From assembly GCA_902577765.1 (NCBI GenBank), contig CACHAK010000001.1:263040-327039 (forward strand): a DNA stretch of 64,000 nt. Reading direction: 5' to 3'. Under the pieces are notes generated by a model. That model saw only the letters and a list, made by a program, of their open reading frames with translations, did not search any database and was not told the origin of the DNA. A program made the translations under genes and the position numbers. Every line of letters begins with the position of its first letter. Position 1 is the first letter of the stretch. This DNA comes from an uncultured Pelagibacteraceae bacterium (GTDB lineage Bacteria; Pseudomonadota; Alphaproteobacteria; Pelagibacterales; AG-422-B15). Below, piece after piece: positions 8,893 to 18,478 of this stretch.

Positions 8893-10674
8893 ATGAGAAA
8901 AGATTCTTTCGACGAAGATTTTTTTTCTCTAACAAATAAAAAATGGTCTTTAAAAGAATACAGCGAAAAAGATACGGAATATATTTCACAAAGTTATGAA
9001 GTAAGCCCGCTAGTTGCGAAATTACTAAGTATTAGAAAAGTAAATTTAGACGACATTATTTCTTATATAAGTCCCTCATTAAAAGAAAGTTTACCTGATC
9101 CATACGTTTTAGCAGACATGGAAAAAGCCTGCGAGAGACTTTATCAGGCAATAATTAATAAAGAACGAATTGCAGTATTTGGTGACTATGATGTTGATGG
9201 TTCTACATCAACTTCAACTCTAATTAATTATTTCAAACAAATTTCAATACGTCTAAAATTTCATATACCTGATAGATTTAGTGAGGGATATGGTCCTAGT
9301 ATACAAACCTTTTCAAACTTTAAAAAAAGAGATGTAAAAATAATATTTACCGTTGATTGTGGAACAATGGCCTTTTCTGAGATTGAATATGCGAGAAAGC
9401 AAGGTATGGACGTTGTTGTCTTAGATCATCACATTCCAGAAATAAAACTACCAAAAGCAACAGCAATTATAAATCCAAATAGAATGGACGATAATTCAGG
9501 ATTAAACTATCTTTCTGCAGTAGGTGTAACTTATATGTTCATTATCGGTCTTAACCGGAAATTAAGACGTGAAGATTGGTTTAAAAAAAATAACCTAAAA
9601 GAACCAAACCTTATTGCTTTGTTAGATCTTGTTGCTTTAGGAACTGTTTGCGATGCTGTTCCACTAAAAGGGTTAAATCGAATCCTAGTTTCAAAGGGAA
9701 TCGACGTAATACAAAAACGATTAAATCCAGGTTTAAATTCATTGATTGAAAAATCAAATATAAAATCAAAAGTATCTGTTCATGATCTTGGTTTCAAGAT
9801 TGGTCCAAGAATCAACGCTGGTGGAAGATTAGGTTTTTCAAACTTTGGCACAAACTTATTAACTGAAAGTGAAAAAAGTAAAATCGATAGCATCTCAAAC
9901 GATTTAGATAAATTTAATTCTGAGAGACGTACAATAGAAAGTTATGTTTTAGATCAAGCTATTGCCCAAGTTGATGATAAAAAACTAAAAAATAAACTAC
10001 TGATCGTATCTGGCGAAGGATGGCATGAGGGGGTAATTGGTATTATTGCAAGTCGACTTAAAGATAAATTTAATAAGCCTAGCATTGTTTTCTCGATAAA
10101 CAATGGCGAAGCTAAAGGTTCCGGACGCTCAATAAAAGGCATTGACCTTGGACAGTTAGTTATTTCTGCTGTTCAAAGTAATTTGCTTAAAAAAGGCGGA
10201 GGACACTCTATGGCAGCTGGATTAACAATAGATTCTGCAAAGATAGAGGAATTGGAAAAATTTTTTGAAAAGCAATTGACCAATAAAGTAATAAATACTC
10301 AAGATAATAAAATTTTACTTGCTGATGACATTTTAAGCACATCAGCAATCAATTTAGATGTTCATAGGGAAATTGAAAAAATTGGTCCTTTTGGATCAGA
10401 GAATCCTGAACCATCTTTTATTTTTAAAAATGTGATACTCGCGACTGTTGATCAAATAGGTGAGGAGCATTTTAAATGTCTTATTAAATCTGATGGAGGA
10501 AAATTTATTGAAGCGATGGCTTTTAGAAGTGCAAAAACACAGCTTGGAGAAGAATTAATAAAAAATAAAGGTTCATCAGTTTGCTTATTCGGCAAAATAA
10601 AGATCAATGAGTGGGGGGGTAAAAAAATACCTCAAATACATATTATTGATATTTCCGCATCACAAAATAGTTAA
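8893..10674 (+). CDS. recJ: Single-stranded DNA exonuclease RecJ
   Basis: GDYDVDG, VDCG, DHH, LGTVCD, PRINAGGR, GGGHSMAAG. Confidence 0.95.
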   Translation: MRKDSFDEDFFSLTNKKWSLKEYSEKDTEYISQSYEVSPLVAKLLSIRKVNLDDIISYISPSLKESLPDPYVLADMEKACERLYQAIINKERIAVFGDYDVDGSTSTSTLINYFKQISIRLKFHIPDRFSEGYGPSIQTFSNFKKRDVKIIFTVDCGTMAFSEIEYARKQGMDVVVLDHHIPEIKLPKATAIINPNRMDDNSGLNYLSAVGVTYMFIIGLNRKLRREDWFKKNNLKEPNLIALLDLVALGTVCDAVPLKGLNRILVSKGIDVIQKRLNPGLNSLIEKSNIKSKVSVHDLGFKIGPRINAGGRLGFSNFGTNLLTESEKSKIDSISNDLDKFNSERRTIESYVLDQAIAQVDDKKLKNKLLIVSGEGWHEGVIGIIASRLKDKFNKPSIVFSINNGEAKGSGRSIKGIDLGQLVISAVQSNLLKKGGGHSMAAGLTIDSAKIEELEKFFEKQLTNKVINTQDNKILLADDILSTSAINLDVHREIEKIGPFGSENPEPSFIFKNVILATVDQIGEEHFKCLIKSDGGKFIEAMAFRSAKTQLGEELIKNKGSSVCLFGKIKINEWGGKKIPQIHIIDISASQNS

Positions 10675-10721
10675 TCAATTATTGATTTAGACCGATTATT
10701 AGATATATAAATAAGATATAA

Positions 10722-10797
10722 GGTCCCTTCGTCTAGCGGTTAGGATATCTGGTTTTCATCCAGAAGATCACGGGTTCGAATCCCGTAGGGACCGCCA
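10722..10797 (+). tRNA. tRNA-Glu(TTC)
   Basis: GGTCCCT acceptor stem, anticodon arm TCTGG-TTTTCAT-CCAGA, GTTCGAATC T-loop, encoded CCA. Confidence 0.95.
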
Positions 10798-10884
10798 TTT
10801 TTATGGCCTTATCTGTGACAAAATGTCAGTAAAACATTCGTTTTATAGTATTTAATTTCTATAAATAAATATTATCTATTTAGT

Positions 10885-11553
10885 ATGACCGAAATGTTTA
10901 AGCACTATAAACCTTTAAATAATAGTGACCGTATAGCTCTACTATTTACAAAAGCCCTCCGTCTTTTCGCTGATCTTTTCTTTAAAAAACGTTATGGGCA
11001 CAGAGCGGTTATATTAGAGACTGTAGCAGCTGTCCCTGGAATGGTCGCCGGTATGCTTAATCATTTAAAAAGCCTTAGAAATATGGAGCAAGATAGAGGC
11101 TGGATCAAAACACTTTTAGATGAAGCTGAGAACGAAAGAATGCACTTAATGACTTTTATTAATATTGCAAAGCCATCAGTTTTTGAGAGATTTTTAGTGA
11201 TGATAGTGCAAGGAATATTTTTTAATCTTTATTTTGTAATGTATTTAGTTTCACCTCGTACCTGCCATAGAATTGTGGGTTATTTTGAGGAGCAAGCAAT
11301 TATAAGTTATACAGAATATTTAGATGAAATTGAAAATGGAAATATTGAAAATGTTAAAGCACCTCAGATAGCAATTGATTATTGGGGTTTATCACAGTTT
11401 GCAAAATTAAAAGATGTTATCATTGCTGTTAGAAACGATGAGATGGGTCACCGTGATGTTAACCATGAATTTGTAACACTTATTGATCAAAAAGACCATA
11501 AAGAGACTTATACAGATTCAAGTGAAATACTCTCAAAAGATAATACTAAATAA
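10885..11553 (+). CDS. aox: Alternative oxidase (di-iron ubiquinol oxidase)
   Basis: [38 protein letters not shown]. Confidence 0.92.
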   Translation: MTEMFKHYKPLNNSDRIALLFTKALRLFADLFFKKRYGHRAVILETVAAVPGMVAGMLNHLKSLRNMEQDRGWIKTLLDEAENERMHLMTFINIAKPSVFERFLVMIVQGIFFNLYFVMYLVSPRTCHRIVGYFEEQAIISYTEYLDEIENGNIENVKAPQIAIDYWGLSQFAKLKDVIIAVRNDEMGHRDVNHEFVTLIDQKDHKETYTDSSEILSKDNTK

Positions 11554-11560
11554 GTGTATA

Positions 11561-11974
11561 ATGTTGGAATTTGGAATTTTTCTACATTCTTTAATTATTG
11601 GATTTATGATTTTTTTTATGTCTGTTGTAACCCCATCTGTATTTTCAATTTTAAATGAAGATGAGGCAGGCAAGTTATTACGAGTTATTTTCCCCAGAAT
11701 GTTTATTTATGGGTTAATCATTACTATTTTATCGTGTGCTGTTTTTTTTGTTATTAGTATGATTGATTTTCTAATTATATCGTTGCTTTCCACTGCTTTC
11801 TTTTTAATCAATCTCATTTATCTAACTCCTAGAATCAATATTTATAGAGATAAATTTAAAGGTGGTATCGTTGAGGCTGAAAAAAAATTTAAAATGTTTC
11901 ATTTTTTCTCAGTAGTTTTATTTATCTCACAGCTTTTTGGATCTATCGTTATTGTATTTGTATATTTTTATTAG
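11561..11974 (+). CDS. Four-TM membrane protein (DUF4149/TMEM205-like)
   Basis: FFMSVVTPSVF...AGKLLRVIFP...LTPRIN...FHFFSVVL; ATG at 11561. Confidence 0.7.
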   Translation: MLEFGIFLHSLIIGFMIFFMSVVTPSVFSILNEDEAGKLLRVIFPRMFIYGLIITILSCAVFFVISMIDFLIISLLSTAFFLINLIYLTPRINIYRDKFKGGIVEAEKKFKMFHFFSVVLFISQLFGSIVIVFVYFY

Positions 11975-11983
11975 GAGGATAAT

Positions 11984-12166
11984 ATGAAAATTTTAAAAAC
12001 ATTTGAAGATGCAAAGCTAATTATAGTTGATCTTGAGGTCAATCTAGGTAATCAGAAAAGAAGTGCTCCAACCTTGTGTGCGCAGTATGATGGAAAAATT
12101 ATTCCCCTAAGTACAGCTCATGATGGAAGACCTATACTCATGAATATAGATAATGCGATTAAGTAA
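11984..12166 (+). CDS. Small hypothetical protein (60 aa)
   Basis: Strong SD AGGAGG; fills the gap between neighbours. Confidence 0.7.
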   Translation: MKILKTFEDAKLIIVDLEVNLGNQKRSAPTLCAQYDGKIIPLSTAHDGRPILMNIDNAIK

Positions 12167-12176
12167 ATAAATTCGC

Positions 12177-13655
12177 TTAGCTTGTATGCTCTCTGATAAA
12201 AATTTCTGCCTTCTGTAGTATTCTTTTCTTTCGATCCTGTTTCATTTTATCAAATACACTTACCATCATATTTAGTCTTGGGTTGCTACTGAAGAATTTT
12301 CTATTTTTATTTATAAATCTCCAATATAAGCCATCGACAGTCTCACACCACTCTCCTTTTTTGAAGTCCATCATTTTCAAATAATAGCTTGAACCACAAA
12401 TATATGGTTTGGTTGCGAAGATGCCTCCATCACTAAATAGTCCCATCCCATAGACATTTGGCACCATCACCCATTCAGAAGAGTCGGCAAACATTTCCAT
12501 AAACCATTTATATACATATTTTGGGTGTATTTCACACAAGTTCATTAAACTGGACATTATCATTAGCCGTTCAATATGATGCGTCCAACCAAAATTAAGA
12601 GCATTTTTAATTGAATGATCTAGAGGGGGTATACCTGTTTCAGCAGTATACCAATCATTTTTGAGTTTTCTTTTATGATTAAAAAAATTAGATGATTCCA
12701 TTTTAGGCGAGTAGTTATGATAAATACCTCTCATAAATTCTCGCCATCCAATAACTTGTCTAATGTATCCCTCAAGTGAATTTATACTTATCTTTCCTTT
12801 GTATTTTTTTAATCTATTAATTATTTCTTGGGGTGTAATCAATCCTATATTAATAAGCGGGCTTAATGCGCTATGAAACAGGATATTATCCCTTTGACTT
12901 ACTGCGTCTTCGTAGTCTCCAAATAAATTTAGTTTATTTTTAATGAAATCGTCCAGCCAATCTGAAGCATCTTTATGTGTTGTTGGTAGCCAAAAGTTAT
13001 TTGTACTACCAGGGTGTTTTTTAAATTTTTCTTCGATGAAGTTTTTTAAATGTTTTGTGTGTTTGGTTTCACTTGATTTTGGTTGCTTTGGAAGTTTTAG
13101 GTCTTGTGGGAGTTTTTTTCTGTTATCTTTATCAAAGCTCCATTTGCCGCCGACAGGTTTTCCGTTTTTAACTAGTAAGTCAAATTTTAATCTACTTTCT
13201 TTATAATAAGTTGCCATGAAAGGCTTTTTTTGTTTTGACAGATATTTTTTAAAATCATCACGTGAATTAAGAAACATAGGTGTTTGTATTACGTTATGCT
13301 CAAGATTTTTTTGTATAATAAATTTTTTTATACGTTTTTCGAATGGCGTGTCTTCAATTTCAAAGTGGCTTACTTTATTTATTTTATATTTTTTTATAGA
13401 TTTTTCTAATTTATCTTCATACTTTTTTTCAAAATTGTTTTGACAGTCATAATAGTCAACTGAAAAACCTTTCTTTATTAATAAATCTCGGTAACTTCTC
13501 ATAGAGGAGAGAAACTGTAGAATTTTTAGCTTATGATGTTTTTCATATGAACACAGGCCAAGATCCTCACACATGAATATCTTATTCTTTTTATATTTAC
13601 TTAGATGTTTTGGATCAAAAAGCTGATTTCCTAGAATAATAAAAAGATCGCTCAT
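12177..13655 (-). CDS. Cryptochrome/photolyase family protein, PhrB/(6-4) BCP type
   Basis: LGNQLF, HHKLKI, GGKWSFDKDNRK, FGDYEDA, GYIRQVIGWREF, HHIERLM. Confidence 0.9.
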   Translation of the reverse strand: MSDLFIILGNQLFDPKHLSKYKKNKIFMCEDLGLCSYEKHHKLKILQFLSSMRSYRDLLIKKGFSVDYYDCQNNFEKKYEDKLEKSIKKYKINKVSHFEIEDTPFEKRIKKFIIQKNLEHNVIQTPMFLNSRDDFKKYLSKQKKPFMATYYKESRLKFDLLVKNGKPVGGKWSFDKDNRKKLPQDLKLPKQPKSSETKHTKHLKNFIEEKFKKHPGSTNNFWLPTTHKDASDWLDDFIKNKLNLFGDYEDAVSQRDNILFHSALSPLINIGLITPQEIINRLKKYKGKISINSLEGYIRQVIGWREFMRGIYHNYSPKMESSNFFNHKRKLKNDWYTAETGIPPLDHSIKNALNFGWTHHIERLMIMSSLMNLCEIHPKYVYKWFMEMFADSSEWVMVPNVYGMGLFSDGGIFATKPYICGSSYYLKMMDFKKGEWCETVDGLYWRFINKNRKFFSSNPRLNMMVSVFDKMKQDRKKRILQKAEIFIREHTS

Positions 13656-13670
13656 AAGTAATTAAAAGAA

Positions 13671-14216
13671 TTAAAGCTGAAGAGCTTTTTCTATTTCACT
13701 TATAAATTTTTTAGAGGACGGACGAGTTAATGCCGTATAGCCTGCAATTGCATTACCATCTTTACCTATTATAATTTTATGAAAATTCCACCTTGGAACT
13801 CCTCCAATAAAACCTAACTCTTTTTTGGACCATTTGAAAAATGGATGAGCATCTTTACCTTTGACAACATTTTTTTCTGTAAGTGGAAACGTTATACTAA
13901 AAGTACTTTCACAAAATTCTTTTACTTCACTATTTGTACCTGACTCCTGATTTCCAAAATCATTTGACGGAACACCCAATACGACCAGACCTTGATCTTT
14001 ATAGTCATCATAAAGTTTTTGTAGCCCATCGTATTGATAAGTAAAACCACATAAACTTGCAGTGTTTACAACGACAAGCGTTTTACCCTTGTAGTCTGAC
14101 AGGTTAATCATATCTTCTTCATTAATATCTTTAAAAGAGTAACTATATGCATTTTCTGACATTGAGGCTCCTGTGTTTAAGAGAAATATAAGGCAAAAAG
14201 TTAAAAATACTCTCAT
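13671..14216 (-). CDS. Glutathione peroxidase family protein
   Basis: VNTASLCGFT, PSNDFGNQE, WNFHK; N-terminal signal-like segment. Confidence 0.9.
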   Translation of the reverse strand: MRVFLTFCLIFLLNTGASMSENAYSYSFKDINEEDMINLSDYKGKTLVVVNTASLCGFTYQYDGLQKLYDDYKDQGLVVLGVPSNDFGNQESGTNSEVKEFCESTFSITFPLTEKNVVKGKDAHPFFKWSKKELGFIGGVPRWNFHKIIIGKDGNAIAGYTALTRPSSKKFISEIEKALQL

Positions 14217-14222
14217 TCTGAA

Positions 14223-15515
14223 TTAAAAATTTATCAGTATATGCACATAGACACTTGCAAAGTATCCGATTGCAATAATTGGTGTCCATTTTAAATGACC
14301 AAAGAAAGTATACATACCTCTTGACTGACCCATTAAAGCGACGCCTGCTGCAGATCCAATAGACAACATACTGCCGCCCACACCAGCAGTTAAAGTAACG
14401 AGCAGCCATTGTGAGTCTGGCATCGCAGGTTCCATTGTTAATACTGCAAACATTACTGGAATATTATCTACAATAGCTGAGAGTATGCCAACTAAGACAT
14501 TGGCAGTAGTTGCACCCAAGTCTGTGTACATAAATTCTGATACGTATTCTAGATAGCCTATGAAGCCCAGGCCTCCAACAGACAGAATTACACCAAAGAA
14601 AAATAATAATGTATCCCACTCAACACGAGCAACATTCTCAAAGAAGTCGTATTTTTGCTCCTCAATGTCTTTAACACTAATTTTAATATAAAAACTGTAG
14701 AGCTGTAAGTATGCCAGACCAGTCATCATTCCAAACACTGGAGGAAGATGTAAAAAATTATGAAAACTTACAGCAGTCACAATTGTTAAAAGACCAAGTA
14801 GAATAATTGTCTTTCCGCCATATTTGATTGTTACGCTTGTCTCTGCAACATCGGGCTTATGATCTGAAACAAAAAAGTGCATTATGCTTGCAGGAATAAT
14901 ATAATTTACAACAGATGGAATAACCAAAGCAAAGAATTGTAAAAAGTCTAACTGACCAGCTTGCCATACCATTAAAGTTGTAATATCGCCAAAAGGACTA
15001 AATGCACCACCTGCATTTGCAGCGACAACAATATTCACACATGCTAATCCAACAAACTTAGGACTTGATGAACCTACAGCTACTACAACAGCACATAACA
15101 CTAAAGCAGTTGTTAGATTATCAGCTAATGGAGACAAGAAAAATGCCAATACGCCTGTAATCCAGAATAGTTGTCTGTAACTAAATTGATTTTTAATCAA
15201 CCATGACTTTAGAGAATTAAACACATTGCGTTCTTCAAGAGCGTTTATATATGTCATTGCAACTAAGAGGAAAAAAGCAAGTTCTGTATATTCTAGAAAG
15301 CTGTGTCTAATTTCATGTTCAACCATTTCGTAATGAGGAGTGTTGGAATATGCAATTGCAATCATTCCCCATATTAAGCCAGCCGCAAGTACAACCGGTT
15401 TTGATTTTCTTAAATGAGTGAATTCTTCTGCCATCACAAATGCATAAGCGATGACAAAGACAACTAAAGCTGAGAAACCAGCCCAGTGATAGGTTAAATC
15501 TAATGAGTGTTCCAT
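14223..15515 (-). CDS. nhaD: NhaD-family Na+/H+ antiporter
   Basis: LRKSKPV, LADNLTTAL, NAGGAFSPFGDITT, SAIVDNIP, TAGVGGSMLSIGSAAG. Confidence 0.85.
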   Translation of the reverse strand: MEHSLDLTYHWAGFSALVVFVIAYAFVMAEEFTHLRKSKPVVLAAGLIWGMIAIAYSNTPHYEMVEHEIRHSFLEYTELAFFLLVAMTYINALEERNVFNSLKSWLIKNQFSYRQLFWITGVLAFFLSPLADNLTTALVLCAVVVAVGSSSPKFVGLACVNIVVAANAGGAFSPFGDITTLMVWQAGQLDFLQFFALVIPSVVNYIIPASIMHFFVSDHKPDVAETSVTIKYGGKTIILLGLLTIVTAVSFHNFLHLPPVFGMMTGLAYLQLYSFYIKISVKDIEEQKYDFFENVARVEWDTLLFFFGVILSVGGLGFIGYLEYVSEFMYTDLGATTANVLVGILSAIVDNIPVMFAVLTMEPAMPDSQWLLVTLTAGVGGSMLSIGSAAGVALMGQSRGMYTFFGHLKWTPIIAIGYFASVYVHILINF

Positions 15516-17044
15516 AACTTACCTTTCATAAATACGTATGAAGCTCCAAAGTAACAGATGCAAAACATTAGCAATATTAGAGAAACTGAATATGCTTCAT
15601 CCATCCTATAACTTCCCATAAGTCTATATATTGTTTGAGTTAGAGTTGACAAGCTATTCGTTCCAAAAAAGGAAATGATAGCGAGATCACTTGCAGATAG
15701 TATTGAAGATACTGAGAAAGCGGTAATTATTGGTACTTTTAGTCTAGGAAAATCAATAATTAGAAATCTCTGTAATCCATACATGTTGATACTTTTTGAA
15801 ATGTCTTCATTTTCATGCGTAACTTTAAAGTAAGACGGTGCTAGAAAGTTATATGTAAATGGCAGTGAAAAAATTGCGTTTAGAACGATAACAATAAGAA
15901 TATTCGGTATTTCAAACAAGCTGATTTTAAATAATAAAATATAATATCCAACAGCCATTGCAACTGGCGAAAATATAATAAGTGAATAAATCAATATTTC
16001 TGTAAAATATTTTTTGCGATAGATCAAATTAAGGTAGTTGAGAGCTACAAAAACTGAAATGGTTCCTGAAAAAAAACAAATCACAAATGTGTTATTTATT
16101 GCATGCCATATATATGATGTTGAAAATATATTTATTAGTTCATTATTGAATCCATTTAAGATTATGAAGCATATCGGAGAAAAAATGAAAATAGAAATCA
16201 GTATTATGCATACAATTTCAAAATAGAAAGAAAATCCCCTTTTTTTATTTTCATAAAAATTTCTTTGTTCATCAATTATAAAATTTGAACTTTTAAAATT
16301 TTTAAAGAAAGCAGCGTATATGAAAAGACATATTGATAATTGTATAAGTAATAAATTTAGGGCTGCATCAAAATCATTATTAAAAATTACAGAATAATAA
16401 ATTGCTACTTCTAAAGTTGAATATTTTGGACTTCCACCCAGAATTAAAACTGGGGTAAAGCTTACAAAGCATATAAAAAAGACAATAACAAAGAGACTGG
16501 GTATATTTTTTTTTATAATAGGCCATTCAATAGCAAAGAAAATTCCTAACTTGTCCAAAGACATTTGTTTTGCAAGCATATATTCATTTGAACTGATATC
16601 ATTTAGACTTTGAAATATAATTCTTGTTACTAATGGAGTGTTTAAAATTGTATGACCAAGCAACATGCCAATTATTCCATAAATAGAAAAATATTGTCCG
16701 TAAAATGTTAGGACTCCAAATACTGATAGTATTGTTGGCAATACAAATAAAATTGACAAAAAATTTACGATAAGTTTTATGGTTTTATGATGCCTGTGCC
16801 TTATTAATAAAAGTGCAAATACGGAACCTATTACTATAGAAAAAAAGGCAGAGGCAAATGATTGAAAGATTGTAAAAAAAATAATGGTAAAATAATAATT
16901 TGAGAAATTAAGTTTGAAACTAAAATTGTAATAATAAACTAAACTAAATACAGGCAACACAACTGCCGCTAAAACGAGAAAAAAAACTCCTATTGGAATT
17001 AGATCTTTTATATTAGCCTGCAATAGTCTCAAGCCAAGTTTCAA
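15500..17044 (-). CDS. thiP: Thiamine ABC transporter permease (exact start uncertain)
   Basis: Two fused permease halves, LGGSPKYSTLEVAIY; follows thiB behind a TPP riboswitch. Confidence 0.8.
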   Translation of the reverse strand: MKLGLRLLQANIKDLIPIGVFFLVLAAVVLPVFSLVYYYNFSFKLNFSNYYFTIIFFTIFQSFASAFFSIVIGSVFALLLIRHRHHKTIKLIVNFLSILFVLPTILSVFGVLTFYGQYFSIYGIIGMLLGHTILNTPLVTRIIFQSLNDISSNEYMLAKQMSLDKLGIFFAIEWPIIKKNIPSLFVIVFFICFVSFTPVLILGGSPKYSTLEVAIYYSVIFNNDFDAALNLLLIQLSICLFIYAAFFKNFKSSNFIIDEQRNFYENKKRGFSFYFEIVCIILISIFIFSPICFIILNGFNNELINIFSTSYIWHAINNTFVICFFSGTISVFVALNYLNLIYRKKYFTEILIYSLIIFSPVAMAVGYYILLFKISLFEIPNILIVIVLNAIFSLPFTYNFLAPSYFKVTHENEDISKSINMYGLQRFLIIDFPRLKVPIITAFSVSSILSASDLAIISFFGTNSLSTLTQTIYRLMGSYRMDEAYSVSLILLMFCICYFGASYVFMKGKLWNTH

Positions 17045-17909
17045 TTAATGGTTCAGACTCTAGATATACTTTATAGTCAATTTCTTTTGGTTTTACTAAA
17101 TTTTTCATTTTTTCTGGAACTAGTTCAGTTTTATCAACTGATGGATACATAATGTTCATTGAAGATATTATTTTTTGAATTTCATCCTCAATAATGAAAT
17201 CTATAAATTTTTTTGCAAGTTTTTGATTCATTGACTCCTCTCGAACATAAACAATCTCCCTTGTGGCTAAATGACCCTCAGTAAAATTAAGTGACTTGTA
17301 TTTGTATTCATTTTCATATTCTTGGTGATAAAATGGTGAAGTGCTATAACTCAAAACAAGGTCTGCATTTCCTTCAAGAAAAATTCCATAAGCCTCAGAC
17401 CATCCTGGTGAGTATGTTATTATATTCTGATCTAATTGTTTTAATTTAATAGAGAAGTCATCTTTAAATATTGATTTCATCCACCTTAACAAACCAATGC
17501 CAACTGGACTTGTACGAGGATCTTGCACAACGATTTTAAGATCTTCACGATTTACCAACTCCTCAAAAGTTTTGGGTGGGTTAGTTAGTTTATTACTGTC
17601 ATAAATAAACGAAAAGAAACCATGATCATACTCATGCCAATCTTCAATTGAATAATTAAATTCGTGCATTTCTACGCCAAGAATCACATCCTTACCATTC
17701 AGAAAAATTTCATTATTTAAAGTACCTGCTTGACTGGTTGAGATGAATTGAAGATCGCAATTGCAAATTTCTTCAAACTTTTCTTCTATAATAGGTCCTG
17801 GCCCCCAATCAGCTGAGAAAGAGTCGTAGGTTCCAACAACCAATTTTTCTTGGGCAAAGGAACTGTTTAAATAAATAAAAAAAAATAAAATAATTGATAT
17901 TTTCTGCAT
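17013..17909 (-). CDS. thiB: Thiamine ABC transporter substrate-binding protein
   Basis: TYDSFSADWGPGP, QDPRTSPVG, GWSEAYG, LVLSYSTSP. Confidence 0.9.
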   Translation of the reverse strand: MQKISIILFFFIYLNSSFAQEKLVVGTYDSFSADWGPGPIIEEKFEEICNCDLQFISTSQAGTLNNEIFLNGKDVILGVEMHEFNYSIEDWHEYDHGFFSFIYDSNKLTNPPKTFEELVNREDLKIVVQDPRTSPVGIGLLRWMKSIFKDDFSIKLKQLDQNIITYSPGWSEAYGIFLEGNADLVLSYSTSPFYHQEYENEYKYKSLNFTEGHLATREIVYVREESMNQKLAKKFIDFIIEDEIQKIISSMNIMYPSVDKTELVPEKMKNLVKPKEIDYKVYLESEPLIETWLETIAG

Positions 17910-17910
17910 A

Positions 17911-17990
17911 TTTCCTCCGCTAGCATTATCTAGATCAGGTTTTGGGTCGTTCCATTATTTGGAACCTCTCAGCAGTAGCTCCCCATAATC
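17911..17990 (-). ncRNA. TPP riboswitch
   Basis: Minus strand GGGGAGCTACTGCTGAGAGG...GACCCAAAACCTGATCTAGATAATGCTAGCGGAGGAAA matches the TPP consensus, directly before the thiB ATG. Confidence 0.93.
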
Positions 17991-18041
17991 TTCGATCAAT
18001 TATATATTTATCATTCATCATTAATCAAATATATTTTTGCA

Positions 18042-18476
18042 ATGCAAACTGACATATTAAAAAATATAAAAAACTATACCAAGGATACTGATCCTGGACC
18101 GTTCTCAAAAAATAATGGTTTTCTCTATAATTTAGAACTCGATGGAATTTTTTATAAAGGATTTACGGTTGAGGAAATTAATTGCAATAAAGCCGGTATA
18201 GCGCATGGAGGTACACTGATTGCATTTGCAGATGGAATTATGGGGTATACTGCTTGGAAAAAAGACTCATTCCCGTGCTTAACTGCTAAACTAAATGCTA
18301 ATTATGTAGGTCCCGCTCCAAAAGGATCATGGGTATATGGTTTTGCAGAAATTACGAGAGAAACAAAATCAATTTTATTTATGAAGTGCAACTTATTCAT
18401 AGATGATAAGATTATTTTTACTTCAGACGGGATTTTTAAAATTTTAAGAAATCATGGGAAAAAGGATCCATCTTAA
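18042..18476 (+). CDS. PaaI-family hotdog thioesterase
   Basis: CNKAGIAHGGTLIAFAD motif. Confidence 0.85.
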   Translation: MQTDILKNIKNYTKDTDPGPFSKNNGFLYNLELDGIFYKGFTVEEINCNKAGIAHGGTLIAFADGIMGYTAWKKDSFPCLTAKLNANYVGPAPKGSWVYGFAEITRETKSILFMKCNLFIDDKIIFTSDGIFKILRNHGKKDPS

Positions 18477-18478
18477 CA

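Noticed and set aside
10813-10830. Pho-box-like CTGTGACAAAATGTCAG upstream of aox
   Set aside because: Half-sites are 10 nt apart rather than 11; kept only as a palindrome
14143-14409. Alternative-frame ORFs 14143..14409 and 52664..52867
   Set aside because: Out-of-frame overlaps with well-supported nhaD/gpx and aprM
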